64,000 bases of DNA from Selaginella moellendorffii (Eukaryota; Plantae; Lycopodiophyta). The stretch lies in contig NW_003314371.1 of NCBI RefSeq assembly GCF_000143415.4, positions 343,798 through 407,797 on the forward strand. Direction: 5' to 3'. Below the pieces are notes generated by a model. The model had not been told where the DNA came from and searched no databases. It saw only the letters and a program-made list of their open reading frames with translations. Numbering within the stretch: position 1 is the first letter of the stretch; each line of letters begins with the position of its first letter. Position numbers and translations under genes: made by a program. Positions 35,921-47,829 of the stretch are shown here, in pieces.

Positions 35921-36549
35921 ACCTTGGATCTGCAGTGCGCGGGGCAGTGGGGTTTTAAATCGGAAAAGATGCGGTCGAATATTCTCTTGACTGGGAGTTA
36001 CGCGCGAATGCAGGGAGAATCTGTGTCCCCACTTTAGGAAGCCAACTAGACTCTTCTACCACCACAGCAGAAACACTCACTCATTTCTAGAATAAAATTT
36101 CGTCGTGGATGATGGGATTCCTGGTCAGAAACAATGCGAAATTCATGGGTTTTTGTCGCGAGAGAGAGGAGATTTTGGCCGGCTTGGATTGCATCAATCT
36201 GGTCCTCGCATCCCAGGCTCCAAAACGAGAGCGGAATTCGAACGACCGAGAAGACTGGCGTCTCACCCTTAATCGATTGCATATAAGATCGTCGCGAGTC
36301 CCTCCAAAACCACTGGTTTTGTCTCGATCGTGAAGCTAGGCTGTCATATGAAACACCACGCACCTCCACAAGCGGCGGCAAATCCACGTCCGTGTTCGTC
36401 CGGGAGTGGCCGCCACCCTCTCACGAGCGCCACACAAGCCCAAGACTTATGTAAAATCTTTTGGCCCTGTCTCTGGCCGGCCCTCTCTGGGCTCTCCACA
36501 TTTCTCTCCACAGCCCCGACTCTCCCCTCGCGAGAATCACACAAACACA

Positions 36550-36869
36550 ATGCCTGTCTATGCCACGAGGATCATCACCACCACGCGTTTCCCGCCTCCT
36601 GACTCTCCGCCACCAAGGAGGTGTCCGAGCCGGATAGATTGTTCCATCTTTTCGACAAGGAGGAGGAGCGAGAGAAGGAGATGGCGTCATCATTCTGCCA
36701 CCCGTACTCGGCGGTGACCAAGAACCCGGCGGTGCCGTACGTGTTCCTAGATGCCACGCCACTACAAGAGGTACACCAAGGCCGAGTACGAGGCCGCTTG
36801 TTCGCGCTCCTCACGGGAACTCTCCGTGACAAGCGGGACTACGCGATTGGCGCGTTTCTCTGGAAGTGA
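36550..36869 (+). pseudogene. Frameshifted MPLHYPRY-family copy (paralog of 47227-47628)
   Basis: Same start (MPV) and end (KRDYAIGAFLWK*) as 47227-47628, but indels break the frame and delete the MPEW..YGL core. Confidence 0.85.
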
Positions 36870-37075
36870 GATCGATCATGATCGAGTTCTTCCAAGGTTG
36901 TGGGAGAGAGATCTTAGAGCTGCGAGAAGTTTCAGGAATTTGAGCACCCACAAAACATGGTGAACATCGGTTTGTGTCTTAGCTCTTGTATAAACTGTAT
37001 GTCAATCTGGAAGTTCGCTACCACTCAAAATGGAGGACGCAAGTCAACACAAGGAAAGAACACATCCCCCTTCCC

Positions 37076-37270
37076 TCTAGTTGCTCTGAACGCCAGATGA
37101 AGGTGCCCATGGCGTACCGCCTCTTCCAGCTGATTGCTCCGCCCTAGTAGATCCACCATCACGGTGTAATGCTCCGGAGCCCATACTCCTCGAGCAGCCG
37201 ATCGACCACTCGGGCATGGTGGCGTTCTGCTGCTTGCTAAAGATTGGAGTGGCATCTGGAACTCATAGGA
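37076..37270 (-). pseudogene. Chimeric remnant: MPLHYPRY-family 3' half interrupted by a PPR E-domain fragment
   Basis: YEFQMPL..MPEW..DRLLEEYGL, then PEHYTVMVDLLGRSNQLEEA, then YAMGTFIWR; the 3' flank matches that of the gene at 49167. Confidence 0.7.
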
Positions 37271-38845
37271 TGACGAATAGGAGGCAAACGTTTGTGTATT
37301 TCAATTGAGTGGGCCATTGAAGCCGAAGGACGTAGAATCGACCATCCTCGATGTAGGAGAAGGACACTGCACTATCTGCTCAAAAGTTGATCCGGGACTC
37401 AACCACAACGCGTCTACGTCGATCCGTGGCGAAACACTGGAACAGATAGTCGAGTCCGGCGTACGATCCGAGAGCTGTCGTGCCCACCATCGTCGAGTAT
37501 CCCGAGCTCCACACCAACTTCGGGAGAATCAACGCCAAGCTGCCCTTGTTTCGTGGTGACCATCCAAGCAGCTGCCCTTGGCCCGGAATCTTTCGAACGC
37601 ACGGCCTGGGATGTGCAAGAGTTTGGTGTGCGTCTTCGTTTTGGGTCAGTTGCTGCTCCTCGAGCTAAACCAAAACCAAAGGACTACTGCGAAGCTGTTA
37701 CGCTTCGTGATGGTCCCGAAGTGACTCATCTCAGTCACTCTCCAGCCAACCAAGTGTACAAAGTGCAGTACTACACTCGCCATAGTATGATCATGAAGAT
37801 TGGAAATCACAAAAGAGTCATTCAACTTTGCATTGATTCCAGGTTCTGGCATCAGGTGCGTAAAGCAGCTTAAATCAGCTGCGCCGCTGGCCAACACGGA
37901 ACAATCGTCTTGCAGGTTGAAACAGAGAAAACCGATGCTCTGGTTAGGGGAAGACGGCGCTACTCTCATCGCTTGACGGATCGCCATTGGGACAGGGATA
38001 CGACTCCTGGGCAATGCCAGCGATGGACGCGCAGTTGCTGTGTAGGGACTTGACGCATGCTATGCTTGAGCTTTACGTAAGTTGATCTTCTTGGATGTTA
38101 TAGCACCACGCCATCTCCTGTGCAGCGAGGTGCCAAAAGGTGGGGATTTTCTCTTGAGCTTGCTCAGCTTGCCTACCGTTGCTGACCGTGCATTGCTCTT
38201 GTTCTAATCCTATTTACGGGCATTGGATATTATTGTTTATCTATAATATACCCAGAAAACGAGGCAGAATCAAGGGCAGATGATTTTGCTCAAGCTTGCA
38301 AAAAAGTGAGCCCCTTATAGTAGCAGGAGCACCTTCTAAGTAAAGATTGAATGAAGATTTTTGGTGTCAAAGTGGCCCCCCAAGCACTAGAAGTGAGGTA
38401 AAAGTCTTAGCACCACACGCATTCGAGAAAAAGAAGGAAGCTGAAAGGTATGATTATGGGGGTGTTTTTCGGTGACTATTGGGTTTTGGGAACGACAGAT
38501 ACGTGACGAATGGTGATGAAAGTAACACTATCAACGGCTCAGACACAATCAAGAAAATGGTGGAAAAAAAAGTCAGGACTATTATGTACAAGTCGCCGCT
38601 GCTACATGAAACTTTTCTCCACTTCCATTTTGCGTGTGTTTCTTGACAACACATTCAACTTTAAAGGAGGACGAGGAGGGAGGAGTTTCCAAGTCTTTCC
38701 AGGAAAGGTTTCCTGAGCTTACACACAGCTGACGGGAGCAAAGCGTCACGTTTCGAAGGACTTGCCTATAAATTGCGGCGAGGGGGAGAGATCATCCATC
38801 CATCCAGCTTCAATCTTCTCGAAAACGAGCAAATCCGAGAAGAAA

Positions 38846-39827
38846 ATGGCCGCGTTTTACAAGCTCGCGATTCTTGTTCTTCTTGCTTGTCTCGACGCCA
38901 CTGCTGATGCGAGGAAATGGAGTCCCAAGAAGCCACCGGCGGTTCCCCCAACGGTATTTGGCGCCATCTTTTGCGACCGATGCATGGACAAGACCTTCTC
39001 GTTCGCAACCATCGCCATTCCAAGTAAGTATCTAGTGTGTTCTTCCAAGAAGTTTGGATACTTAACGCTCTCGCTTGATCACCAAAGACGTGACCGCGAT
39101 CATCCGGTGCGGTGACTTCCAGGCATCCAACACCACCTCCGAGTTTGGCGTCTTCACCATCGCGCTGCCGCTAGAGGTGGGCACCTCTCCCGCGAAGCTG
39201 GCGTCTTGCTCTGTCAAGGTGGCCAGCGATTTCTCCAGAGTCGAGGGCGATCTCGGCACTTGCAACACTCCCGTCAAGTTCCAGTCCTACCCTTGGAGCC
39301 CGCCATCGCCAGCAACCCCGGCATTCCAGTCGTCGCTCAAAATTGCCCGTCCATGGCCCTTCTACAGCGCTGGGCCTTTCTTCTTCCAGCCGCCGGAACC
39401 TCTTCCATCCTGCAACGAGAATCCTTTCCGCCATCCAAAACCAGCACTAGCCGATGACCAGGGCTCGAGCGCGGCTCCCCCTCCACACCCTGCTTTTCCA
39501 GGATTTGAAAACTTCCCACCATTCTTTCCTGGAGCAATTCCTCCGGTAGATCACTCCACTGCCAACAAGGCGGCTCCTCCACACCCGGTTTTCGGATATC
39601 CACCATTCGCATTTCCTCCTCCAAGCCCGAAACCAGAACCACACGGCTCTAACAAGGCGGCTCCTCCTCCACACTCGACTCCATTCCCAGGATCTGCGTG
39701 GTTTCCAGGAGCATTCCCTCCACATCCAAGCTCCAGCAAACCCGGGAGCGCTCCGCCAAAGCATGGATCGCCCTCCGCTCAAGCACCGCCACCTTTTCAC
39801 GGAACCAAGAAGCATCATCACCAATAA
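38846..39827 (+). CDS. Secreted Ole e 1 / proline-rich protein (gene A, copy 2)
   Basis: Near-identical to 28532-29685 with fewer PPPHP/FPGA repeats; one intron. Confidence 0.85.
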
Positions 39828-39979
39828 AAGCTCTGCATTTAGAACTATGGACATCAAAGAAAAGCAAAGTTTTGGAGTTACCTAGTGACCGTTCCTCAAT
39901 TCCAGGCACTGATTCTTTCTTCCTTCCACTTAGCGAATCTACAAATAAATCCTCCTCTTTTTGTCCAAATGTCAAAAAA

Positions 39980-41095
39980 ATGGCGATGCTGCTACTTCTT
40001 GCCATGCTGCTCTCGCCACAACTCCTCGCCAGCGCCGGGAGAAACCTCTACACCGCCGAGCTATCGTCTCCCTCTTCCACTTTCCTGCCCAGGCTCGTCC
40101 TTGGCTACGCCATCTGCGACACCTGCTGGGAGATGCAAATCACCTCCAACTCCATCTCTCTTCCGAGTACGTGCCTCTCTAGATCTCCTCTTTTCCATCC
40201 TTGTGTGATCTGTGCAGACGTTACCGCGGCTGTCGAGTGCTTCGATGCCGGCGGCCGGATCATCTTCAGAGAGACAAGCAGCACCGACAAAACGGGAGCC
40301 TTCAGGGTGGAGCTCCCGTTCCAGATCGCCGACTCGGTCAGCATGCTCTCGACATGCACGAGCCGAGTTGTGAGGGGGCCGCTCAATCACCTCTGCACGT
40401 ATCCCTTGGCCCACGCTTACAACCCCTTCCTGTCTCTACGCTCGTTGCCAGATGGACGGCAAGTCTATGGAGTCGGGCCCTTCGTGTTTCGTCCCCGAGC
40501 AAAGCTCCCGCATTGCAGTGGCGATCGCAGGCAGCAGCAGCCGCAGCTTGTCAGTAGAGCAGTTTCATTGCAGCCGCAGACGCAATCGTCAATCTCATCG
40601 CCTTCCTCGTCAGTTTTCCAGTCACCTTCCTCGACTGCTACTACTCTTTCCAATCCATCGTCTGCATGGAGCGCTTCCAACACTGGAAGCGGTGGTCTCC
40701 AGGTCAACCTCTCCCTGCAAATCAGCACTTCGTCGTCTTCTCCCAGTTCTTATATCAACTCTTCATCGTCCTGTCCATCCCCTTCGTCATCTCCATCTCC
40801 AGGACTTCCAACCTTCCCATTTCCACTGTTTCCATTCCCGACTATTCCCAGCATTCCCAGTATTCCTTTCCCGTACGTTCCAACCATTCCTTTCCCAAGC
40901 GCTCCCAGTCCCACCAGTATTCCTTTTCCGACCATTCCTTTTCCGACCATTCCCCCAATAACCATCACTCCGGTACCAATTCCTACCACTCCACAAGCAC
41001 CAGCTGCTTACCCGGCTCCATCGAAATCGCCATCGCCTCTATCATTTACTCCACCAAGTCCTGCTCCCTATCCTACACCGTCCCCGGCACGCTAG
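39980..41095 (+). CDS. Secreted Ole e 1 / Ser-Pro-rich protein (gene B, intact copy)
   Basis: Signal peptide MAMLLLLAMLL; LGYAICDTC..VECF..TDKTGAFRVELP..C..C; ~51-nt intron at ~40167-40217; PFPTIP repeats. Confidence 0.85.
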   Translation: MAMLLLLAMLLSPQLLASAGRNLYTAELSSPSSTFLPRLVLGYAICDTCWEMQITSNSISLPSTCLSRSPLFHPCVICADVTAAVECFDAGGRIIFRETSSTDKTGAFRVELPFQIADSVSMLSTCTSRVVRGPLNHLCTYPLAHAYNPFLSLRSLPDGRQVYGVGPFVFRPRAKLPHCSGDRRQQQPQLVSRAVSLQPQTQSSISSPSSSVFQSPSSTATTLSNPSSAWSASNTGSGGLQVNLSLQISTSSSSPSSYINSSSSCPSPSSSPSPGLPTFPFPLFPFPTIPSIPSIPFPYVPTIPFPSAPSPTSIPFPTIPFPTIPPITITPVPIPTTPQAPAAYPAPSKSPSPLSFTPPSPAPYPTPSPAR

Positions 41096-41169
41096 GACAC
41101 CATCCTGGTTGGAGTTTTTGTACAGAAAAGTAAGATATACGTACACTGTAGGAAGGAACTGTATTTCAG

Positions 41170-43172
41170 AACCAGAGCGAATGATTAAGTACGCCTTTCC
41201 TTGATCGATGATCACAAAGCCTTGTACTGCTCGATCAACTTCGACGCATGAAGACGTGACGATTGTTTCACAGTGCAACCGAAAACAGAAAAAAAATACA
41301 AAAAGATACGACTTGATCTACGTAGTTTCGACCAATTAATCTCACCTGATCGGGGTACACTATCTGTCAATGAACGTTTCAACGCGTGCAATGTATCCTG
41401 TGTAAATTGGGAAACACTTACAGTTAATAAAGCGTATTGCTACGAAAAATAACAGACCTTGTTCTTCGCAGTTTTTTATCGCAGCTGCTCGTCGATAGGT
41501 ATACAATCAAACCTACAATTAAGATGGCCACCATCACAACAGCGAGTACAATTGTACTTACTTTAGTGAGCAGACGTTTTGGATCTTGGAAAGCAGAATA
41601 TAGACGCGATGGTAGACATTGAAACTAGAAAATCAGTTCGTCAGTTGCACAAAATTGCTCACATATTTTCACCTTCTAAAACGCGGACCAATCCACTAAC
41701 GCGCTCTCGTCCCTTCTAGACAAGTTAGACACGGAGCCTGGAGGTTGCAATAGCTTAACTTTGCCAGGACAGTCAGATATTCCCTGCAAAGAACCCGTAA
41801 AAACAATCGCAAGCACTGCCTGGAACTGCAAATGCTGACACGGCAATTCACTTAACAATCGCGATGGCTGCAAGATCTGCGAAAATAAAAGCATCTCAGA
41901 ATAGATGTTTAAAAAAAATTCACGGACCTGTCTTTGTGAGTTTACCACTATATATACTATATACAATTTCTTCACAAGTCATTGGAACGTAAAACAATCT
42001 CCTCTCTTCCTGTAACGGAATGGCAATTTAAATACAAAGTCCTATTGAAGAAATAGCGATACCTCAAAAGATGACGACTCGTGAAGCAGTGGCGTTTCCC
42101 AACTCGTTGGCCTAAAAAGGTGAAATCAAAGCTAGCAAGACGAGGCGAATCTTACCTTCAAAATGAACACGCTGTCTCACTCCAGTCCCTTCGACTACAA
42201 ACGAGAGCACATGGTAAAAGCATATAAACCCAATAAGAAGCTAAAACCTGATGCATCGTTGTCAACGTTACTGAATTAGGATTTCTTCTCGGCCGAGTTC
42301 GAAAGTTCTCGGTCTCTCCAACAGTTATATGTTCTAAGAAAGCTCTCAGAAGCACTGAGCATCCCGGCGGTCGAGATTTTTCTTTCACTTCCTCTTGGAT
42401 CCTAAGGTGCTTACTCAGAAATTCCGAAACATCATCCAAAAGAGAGATGAAAATTTGCTCACAGTCCAACAATCTTCGTCCTAGTTCAAGAGCATTCCCC
42501 CCGATTCATCCACGACTGCACGAGCTCCAAAAGCCCGTCTCTGCAAAACAGGATAAGCATCTTGTTGAGAAACTTACTCTTACCTGAGGTAGCATATTCA
42601 ATACAGCAGTCACTAGGCTCGACAAAGATTGTTCTGGTTCAAAATACAATCGACAAAATCAGATTGCCAGGAACTACAAACCTTAAGCGTTTTACCATCT
42701 CCAATGCATACCTGTCAGAATACGTGCGTGATAATTGAATCGAAGTAGTCAGGAAAAACTAGCAATGAAAAAAAAAAAGGTGTGTACCTTTCCACTTCCC
42801 GGCTGGGCAACAATCAGAAGTAGCGCTGCATCCCTTTGGGACACATTGAGCTTCCGGAGATACGTTGGCATGTCTGCTGCAGAACCTCCATCGCGTCAAA
42901 GCCTATCAATCTCCTCGAAAGCGTCATCATCAAAATCGTCGAAAGAAACGGGACCAACTCCTCCTTTCCCTCCACACACAGCAGCATTCACATCCAGATC
43001 CGCGAGAGGCAGCCTCACCCCGCACACCTTCTTCCTCTCAGATCACTCACCACACTTTTTCGAGCACAAGCATCAATCGATACCTCTGGTCCAAATGCGC
43101 ACCGGCGCCGGCGGATTTCCGAGGCAGCCGCGCCTTGGCAGCGGGATGGCTGGCCCGCTGCTCCTCGCTGAG
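41170..43172 (-). pseudogene. SRS2 pseudogene copy 2 (helicase core deleted)
   Basis: Homologous to 30855-35185. At ~42710, sequence equivalent to ~32690 is joined to ~34582, deleting motifs Ia-IV; multiple frameshifts. Confidence 0.9.
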
Positions 43173-43236
43173 AGATGCTCCGACTTGAGCTTTTTCCTCT
43201 TAAACTTTGTCATTCTGCCCTAGGCCTAAAGTTTCG

Positions 43237-44177
43237 ATGGAGAGGCTGGTGGCGCGGTGTAAGAGCATGATAAGTGCAGCCGAGAAGAAGCTGTTTGGGC
43301 GGAGCAAGAGCAAGAAGAAGAAAGAGCTCCAGGAGCAGCTGGATGACATCCAAAAGATACTTGAGGTAAGTAAATAGCTTGGATTGGAATGACAGCTTTG
43401 CTTCCTTCTATAGCGAATGGAGGCGCTTATGAAGGCCTCCTGTTCTTTCTCCTCTGTGACGACGGCTGCGAACCCTCCTCCTCCTGCGAATCCTCCTCGT
43501 GTGAAGCCTCCTCATGGCGCTTTGAAGCTGCTGCAGTTTGTGGGCACCTGTAGCGATAAAGGGGTCGCTCTTTTCATCGGAACTCCGCCTACGACTATGG
43601 CGTTAAGCCCACAGCCAACGTGCATCGTCGTGGGTTACAAGGAGAGCATGGTGTGGAAGGAAGGTGGAGAAGTTACTGTGACGATCAATGGGCAGACTGT
43701 GAAAGGTGAGGTTGTTTCCCTGTTTCGCAGGCAGCCTTGGGTGGCTGCTGTTGAGCTCTTCGAACCGGTAAGCTACTGCTTCAATATCCTGACTGATCCT
43801 GATCGGGTGTTTTTCTGATTCAGTTGGAACTACCTCCTAAGGTGCCTCTTATGGTTGGTCTGCCTCGAAATGAAGAGGTGGTTTTTGTGCGGCGGGCTGG
43901 AGAAGTTGAAATCCCTGCAATCGTCAAGGAGCACTACTTACCAGATGAAGTGGCTGGCATCGTCCCTGGTGTCCAAATGGGTGATGTTATCGTTGAATGG
44001 GATTCAGATTCAAGGAGCATGAGGCTGAGTGGGATTGTTGTCAAGACGGAGGAAGATGGTGCTGTGGTGGGGCTGCCCGTGGATGACGCCACGCTATACT
44101 TTATTGAGGCGGACAAGAAGAGCTGGTACCGAACAAAATACCCAGGGCGACTCTTGGCGGTGCCGAAGTATGGGTAG
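43237..44177 (+). CDS. Three-exon orphan gene: N-terminal coiled coil, Pro linker, beta-rich domain resembling an inactive trypsin-like protease
   Basis: ATG 43237 MERLVARCKS..KELQEQLDDIQKILE, GT-AG introns (~43367-43413, ~43769-43823), continuous frame to ..LLAVPKYG*; PGVQMGDVIV..LSGIVV recalls the GxSG..VVGI pattern (inference). Confidence 0.65.
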
Positions 44178-44504
44178 TTGGAATGGTATGTGGCTGGTTT
44201 ACGGTGGTTTGATACGATAGCTACTGATGGTTAGTGACGATTTTTTGTGTTAGATTGTTCAGACTGAACAACGACGGAAATATGTAAATTTTAGACTTCT
44301 AGATTAATGGAAGAGCTGCTTTTGCTAGGCTCTGCAAATTCGCCATGTGCTACGTCTTCAAAATGATGCATTTGTTTCAGCTTGAGCTTCTTTTCTATCT
44401 ATTATTACTTCTGGAAAGACTCTCTTATGGTTCATAACCAAGGTTGACCATAATACTCCGGCAGCTGTGTTAAGTATGTTCTATGTTAAACAATTGGAGC
44501 CGTT

Positions 44505-45663
44505 CTAAAAAGGTGAAAGCAAAGCTAGCAAGACGAGGCCAATCTTACGTTCCAATGAAGACGCTCTCCCACTCCAGTCCCTTCGACTGCAGACGCAGAG
44601 CGCATGGTAAAAGCATATAAACACAATAAGAAGCTAAAACCTGATGCATCGTTGTCAACGTTACTGAATTATGATTTCTTCTCGGCCGTCGAAAGTTCTC
44701 GGTCTCTCCAACAGTTATATGTTCTAAGAAAGCTCTCAGAAGCACTGAGCATCCCGGCGGTCGAGAATTTTCTTTCACTTCCTCTTGGATCCTAAGGTGC
44801 TTACACAGAAATTCACATCATCCAAAAGATAGTCCAACACCTACAGAATCAAACACAATTTAGGCATTTTAAAGATGAAATTTGCTCACAGTCCAACAAT
44901 CTTCATCCTAGTTCAAGAGTTTTCCCCCCGATTCATCCACGACTGCACGAGCTTCAAAATCGCGTCTCTGCAAAACAGGATAAGCATCTTGTTGAGAAAC
45001 TTACTCTTACCTGAGGTAGCATATTCAATACAGCAGTCACTAGGCTCGACAAAGATTGTTCTGGTTCAAAATACAATCGACAAAATCAGATTGCCAGGGT
45101 CTACAAAACTTAAGCGTTTCACCATCTCCAATGCATACCTGTCAGAATACATGCGACCATTGTAGAGGTCTGATAATTCACAACCCGAGTCAGAAATAAA
45201 CTAGCAATGAAAAAAAAAGATTGTACCTTTCCACTTCCCAGCCCGGCAACAGTCAGAAGAATGTCGCTCACCGCTGCATCCCTTTGGGACACATTGAGCT
45301 TCCGGAGATACGTTGACATGAACCAGAACCTCCATCGCGAGCGTCCTCCTTCCACAAAGCCTATCAATCCCCTCAAAAGCGTCATCATCAAAATCGTCGA
45401 GGTCCTGCAATGAAGTATGGGGACCAACAGTGGATACTTCTGCTTTCCCCCCACACACAGCGGCATTCACACGGCCTTACCCCGCACACCTTCTTCCTGT
45501 CAAGGATTTCGATCTCTCATCACATTTTCGAGAGCAAAAACTACAAAATCGATACCTCTTATCCAAATGCGCGCCAGCGCCGATGGATTTCCGAGCCAGT
45601 CGCGCCTTGGCAGCGCCTAGGCTCCGTGCTCGCTGCTCCTCGCTGAGAACGCATCCCTGCATT
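44505..45663 (-). pseudogene. SRS2 pseudogene copy 3 (5' part, same core deletion)
   Basis: [13 protein letters not shown] start, VAGLGSGK, same deletion junction CCATCTCCA|ATGCATACCTG at ~45130, SKGLEWE. Confidence 0.9.
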
Positions 45664-46026
45664 TCAAAACCCTAGAGCGGGAAAAATCCATAAACCCTAA
45701 AAGCAGAAAAGAGGGCTTCTGGCAAAGTAAGTGCTTGGAATCATATGGCTTCTTCTTCCAATTGCTTGCAGCAACGGATCCTTGAAAGGTATTAGATACG
45801 TGAAAATTGCATTCTCTGTTGGAAAATCATGTGTTTGATTGAAACAGTGATCTTTGACGTACTATACTTTCTAAGCTATGAAATTTTTCCAAGTGATATA
45901 GATACTAGTCTTGCAAGTGGAGTGGAGTCTTGAGCGATGTCGGCTTTTAATCACATAATTCTCCACCTTGAGGTGGGAGGAATCGATACAAATGTCAACA
46001 GGGAAAGACAGAGACATCGATTCCGT

Positions 46027-46479
46027 TCAATCCAGGGACCAGATGAAAGCCCCAATTGCATACTGGCGCTTGGCTTCCAGGCCTCCCATGCTCCGCGCGG
46101 GCAGCCCATACTCCTCGAGCAGCCGATCCAGCAGCCACTCGGGCATCTGCTCGTACTCTGCCTTGGTGTACCTCGGGTAGTGAAGCGGCATCCGGAACTC
46201 GTATGGCACCGATGGATTGTGGAGCGAGATCGCCGAGTAGGGGCACCGCTCCTTCGTCGCCCTGATCGACTCCCGATCCTTGTGCAAATTCGCCGGGTGA
46301 GACGATGGCGATGGCGATGGCGATGGCGAACCATTGAGAGAAGCAGAGCTAGTAGTAGAGCTGCCGCTGCATCGAACGATCTGCCTCAGCCTCGCGGAGA
46401 AGGACGATCGCCGGAGATGGAAGCCCTCGGGCGGCGAGCCTCCTCCTCCAGCGCTCTCGGAGCCCAGCAGCATCACCAT
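46027..46479 (-). CDS. MPLHYPRY-family small protein (duplicate of 35498-35920)
   Basis: Intact ORF from MVMLLG; C-terminal domain identical to that of 35498-35920. Confidence 0.85.
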   Translation of the reverse strand: MVMLLGSESAGGGGSPPEGFHLRRSSFSARLRQIVRCSGSSTTSSASLNGSPSPSPSPSSHPANLHKDRESIRATKERCPYSAISLHNPSVPYEFRMPLHYPRYTKAEYEQMPEWLLDRLLEEYGLPARSMGGLEAKRQYAIGAFIWSLD

Positions 46480-47226
46480 ACCTTGGATCTGGCAGAGGGG
46501 TTTAAATCGGAAAAGATGCTGTAGAATATTCTCTGCTAGATGCATAAAAGCATGGGAGTTACGCGCGAATGCAGGGAGAATCATTGCTCCCACTGTTCTT
46601 CTACTAGATTACTACCTCACTCATTTCTAGAATTCTTGGAAAATTTCGTCGTGGATGATGATAGCTCATTCACCCGGATTCTTGATCACGCAATCCAGAA
46701 ACAATGATATAATCTCTGCGCGGAAAGGACCAATTCATGGGTTTTTGTCGCGAGAGAGAGATCCCGGCCGGGCTTGGATCACATGAGCTCAAATGATAGC
46801 CAATCGCGGCCGCGCCTGGCGCTGGTTTGTTCCTCGCATCCCAGGCTCCAAAATTCCCAACCATGAGAGGGGAAATTCGATCCGTCTATCGATTGCATAT
46901 AAGATCGTCGTGAGTCCCTCCAAAACCATCGCGTGGTTTTGGCTCGATCGATCGTGAAAGATCAACTCGCAACCAACCAAGCCCGGCTCTCACATGAAAC
47001 ACCACCGCTTGCAAAATCCATGCCCGGGAATACCCAAGTGTCCGTCCGGGAGTGGCCGCCATTCCCTCACGAGCGCCATACAAGCTCAAGGCTTGTATAA
47101 AATCTTTTGGCCCTCTCTCCGGCCCGGCTCGCCCCATTTGCATTCGCGGGGATCGTCGCTTCTCATTCCCAGATTTGATTCTCCTCTCTCCCCGCGCGAG
47201 AATCATATATATACCATCTCGCCCAA

Positions 47227-47628
47227 ATGCCTGTCAACCCCGAGGATCATCACCATCATCACCGCGCTTCTCCCTCCCGGATCGACAAGAAGCCCAAGGA
47301 GGAGGAGTACGAGCTCGCCACCACCGATAGATTGTTCCATCTTTTCGAGGAGGAGGAGCCAGGGAAAGAGATGGCGTCGTCGGCAGCGGCTTTCACCACC
47401 ATTCTTCCAGCGGCGAAGTGTCCGTACTCGGCTGTGGCCAAGAACCCCACGGTGCCGTACGTGTTCCAGATGCCACTCCACTACCCGAGGTACACCAAGG
47501 CCGAGTACGAGGCCATGCCCGAGTGGCAGCTCGACCGCTTGTTCGAGGAGTATGGTCTCTCGGCGCTTATCACCGGAACTCTCCGTGACAAGCGGGACTA
47601 CGCGATTGGCGCGTTTCTCTGGAAGTGA
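47227..47628 (+). CDS. MPLHYPRY-family small protein
   Basis: CPYSAVAKNPTVPYVFQMPLHYPRYTKAEYEAMPEWQLDRLFEEYGL..KRDYAIGAFLWK. Confidence 0.85.
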   Translation: MPVNPEDHHHHHRASPSRIDKKPKEEEYELATTDRLFHLFEEEEPGKEMASSAAAFTTILPAAKCPYSAVAKNPTVPYVFQMPLHYPRYTKAEYEAMPEWQLDRLFEEYGLSALITGTLRDKRDYAIGAFLWK

Positions 47629-47829
47629 GATCGAGTTCTTCCAAGGTTTTAGGAGAGAGATCTTTTAGAGCTGCGAGAAGTTCCAAGACTGTGGTGATGA
47701 GCTATGGTTTGTGTGTGTAGCTCTTGTATAGACTGTATGTCAATCTAGAAACATGGAACACCCTTATAACAAATCCTCGTTGGTTTGGTTTTTCGAGAGG
47801 TCAAATCACATACGGTGAAGCCTTGGTAA

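Larger units (their letters stand above)
27866..37270. repeat. Segmental duplication, copy 1
   Basis: Colinear with 38281-49650: ICME 3' end, promoter, Ole e 1 gene A, Ole e 1 gene B, SRS2, divergent pair of MPLHYPRY genes, third MPLHYPRY gene. Confidence 0.9.

Noticed and set aside
39698-39979. 465-aa ORF fusing Ole e 1 gene A and gene B
   Set aside because: The upstream extension is an alternate frame of gene A plus spacer; the signal peptide starts at ATG 39980.
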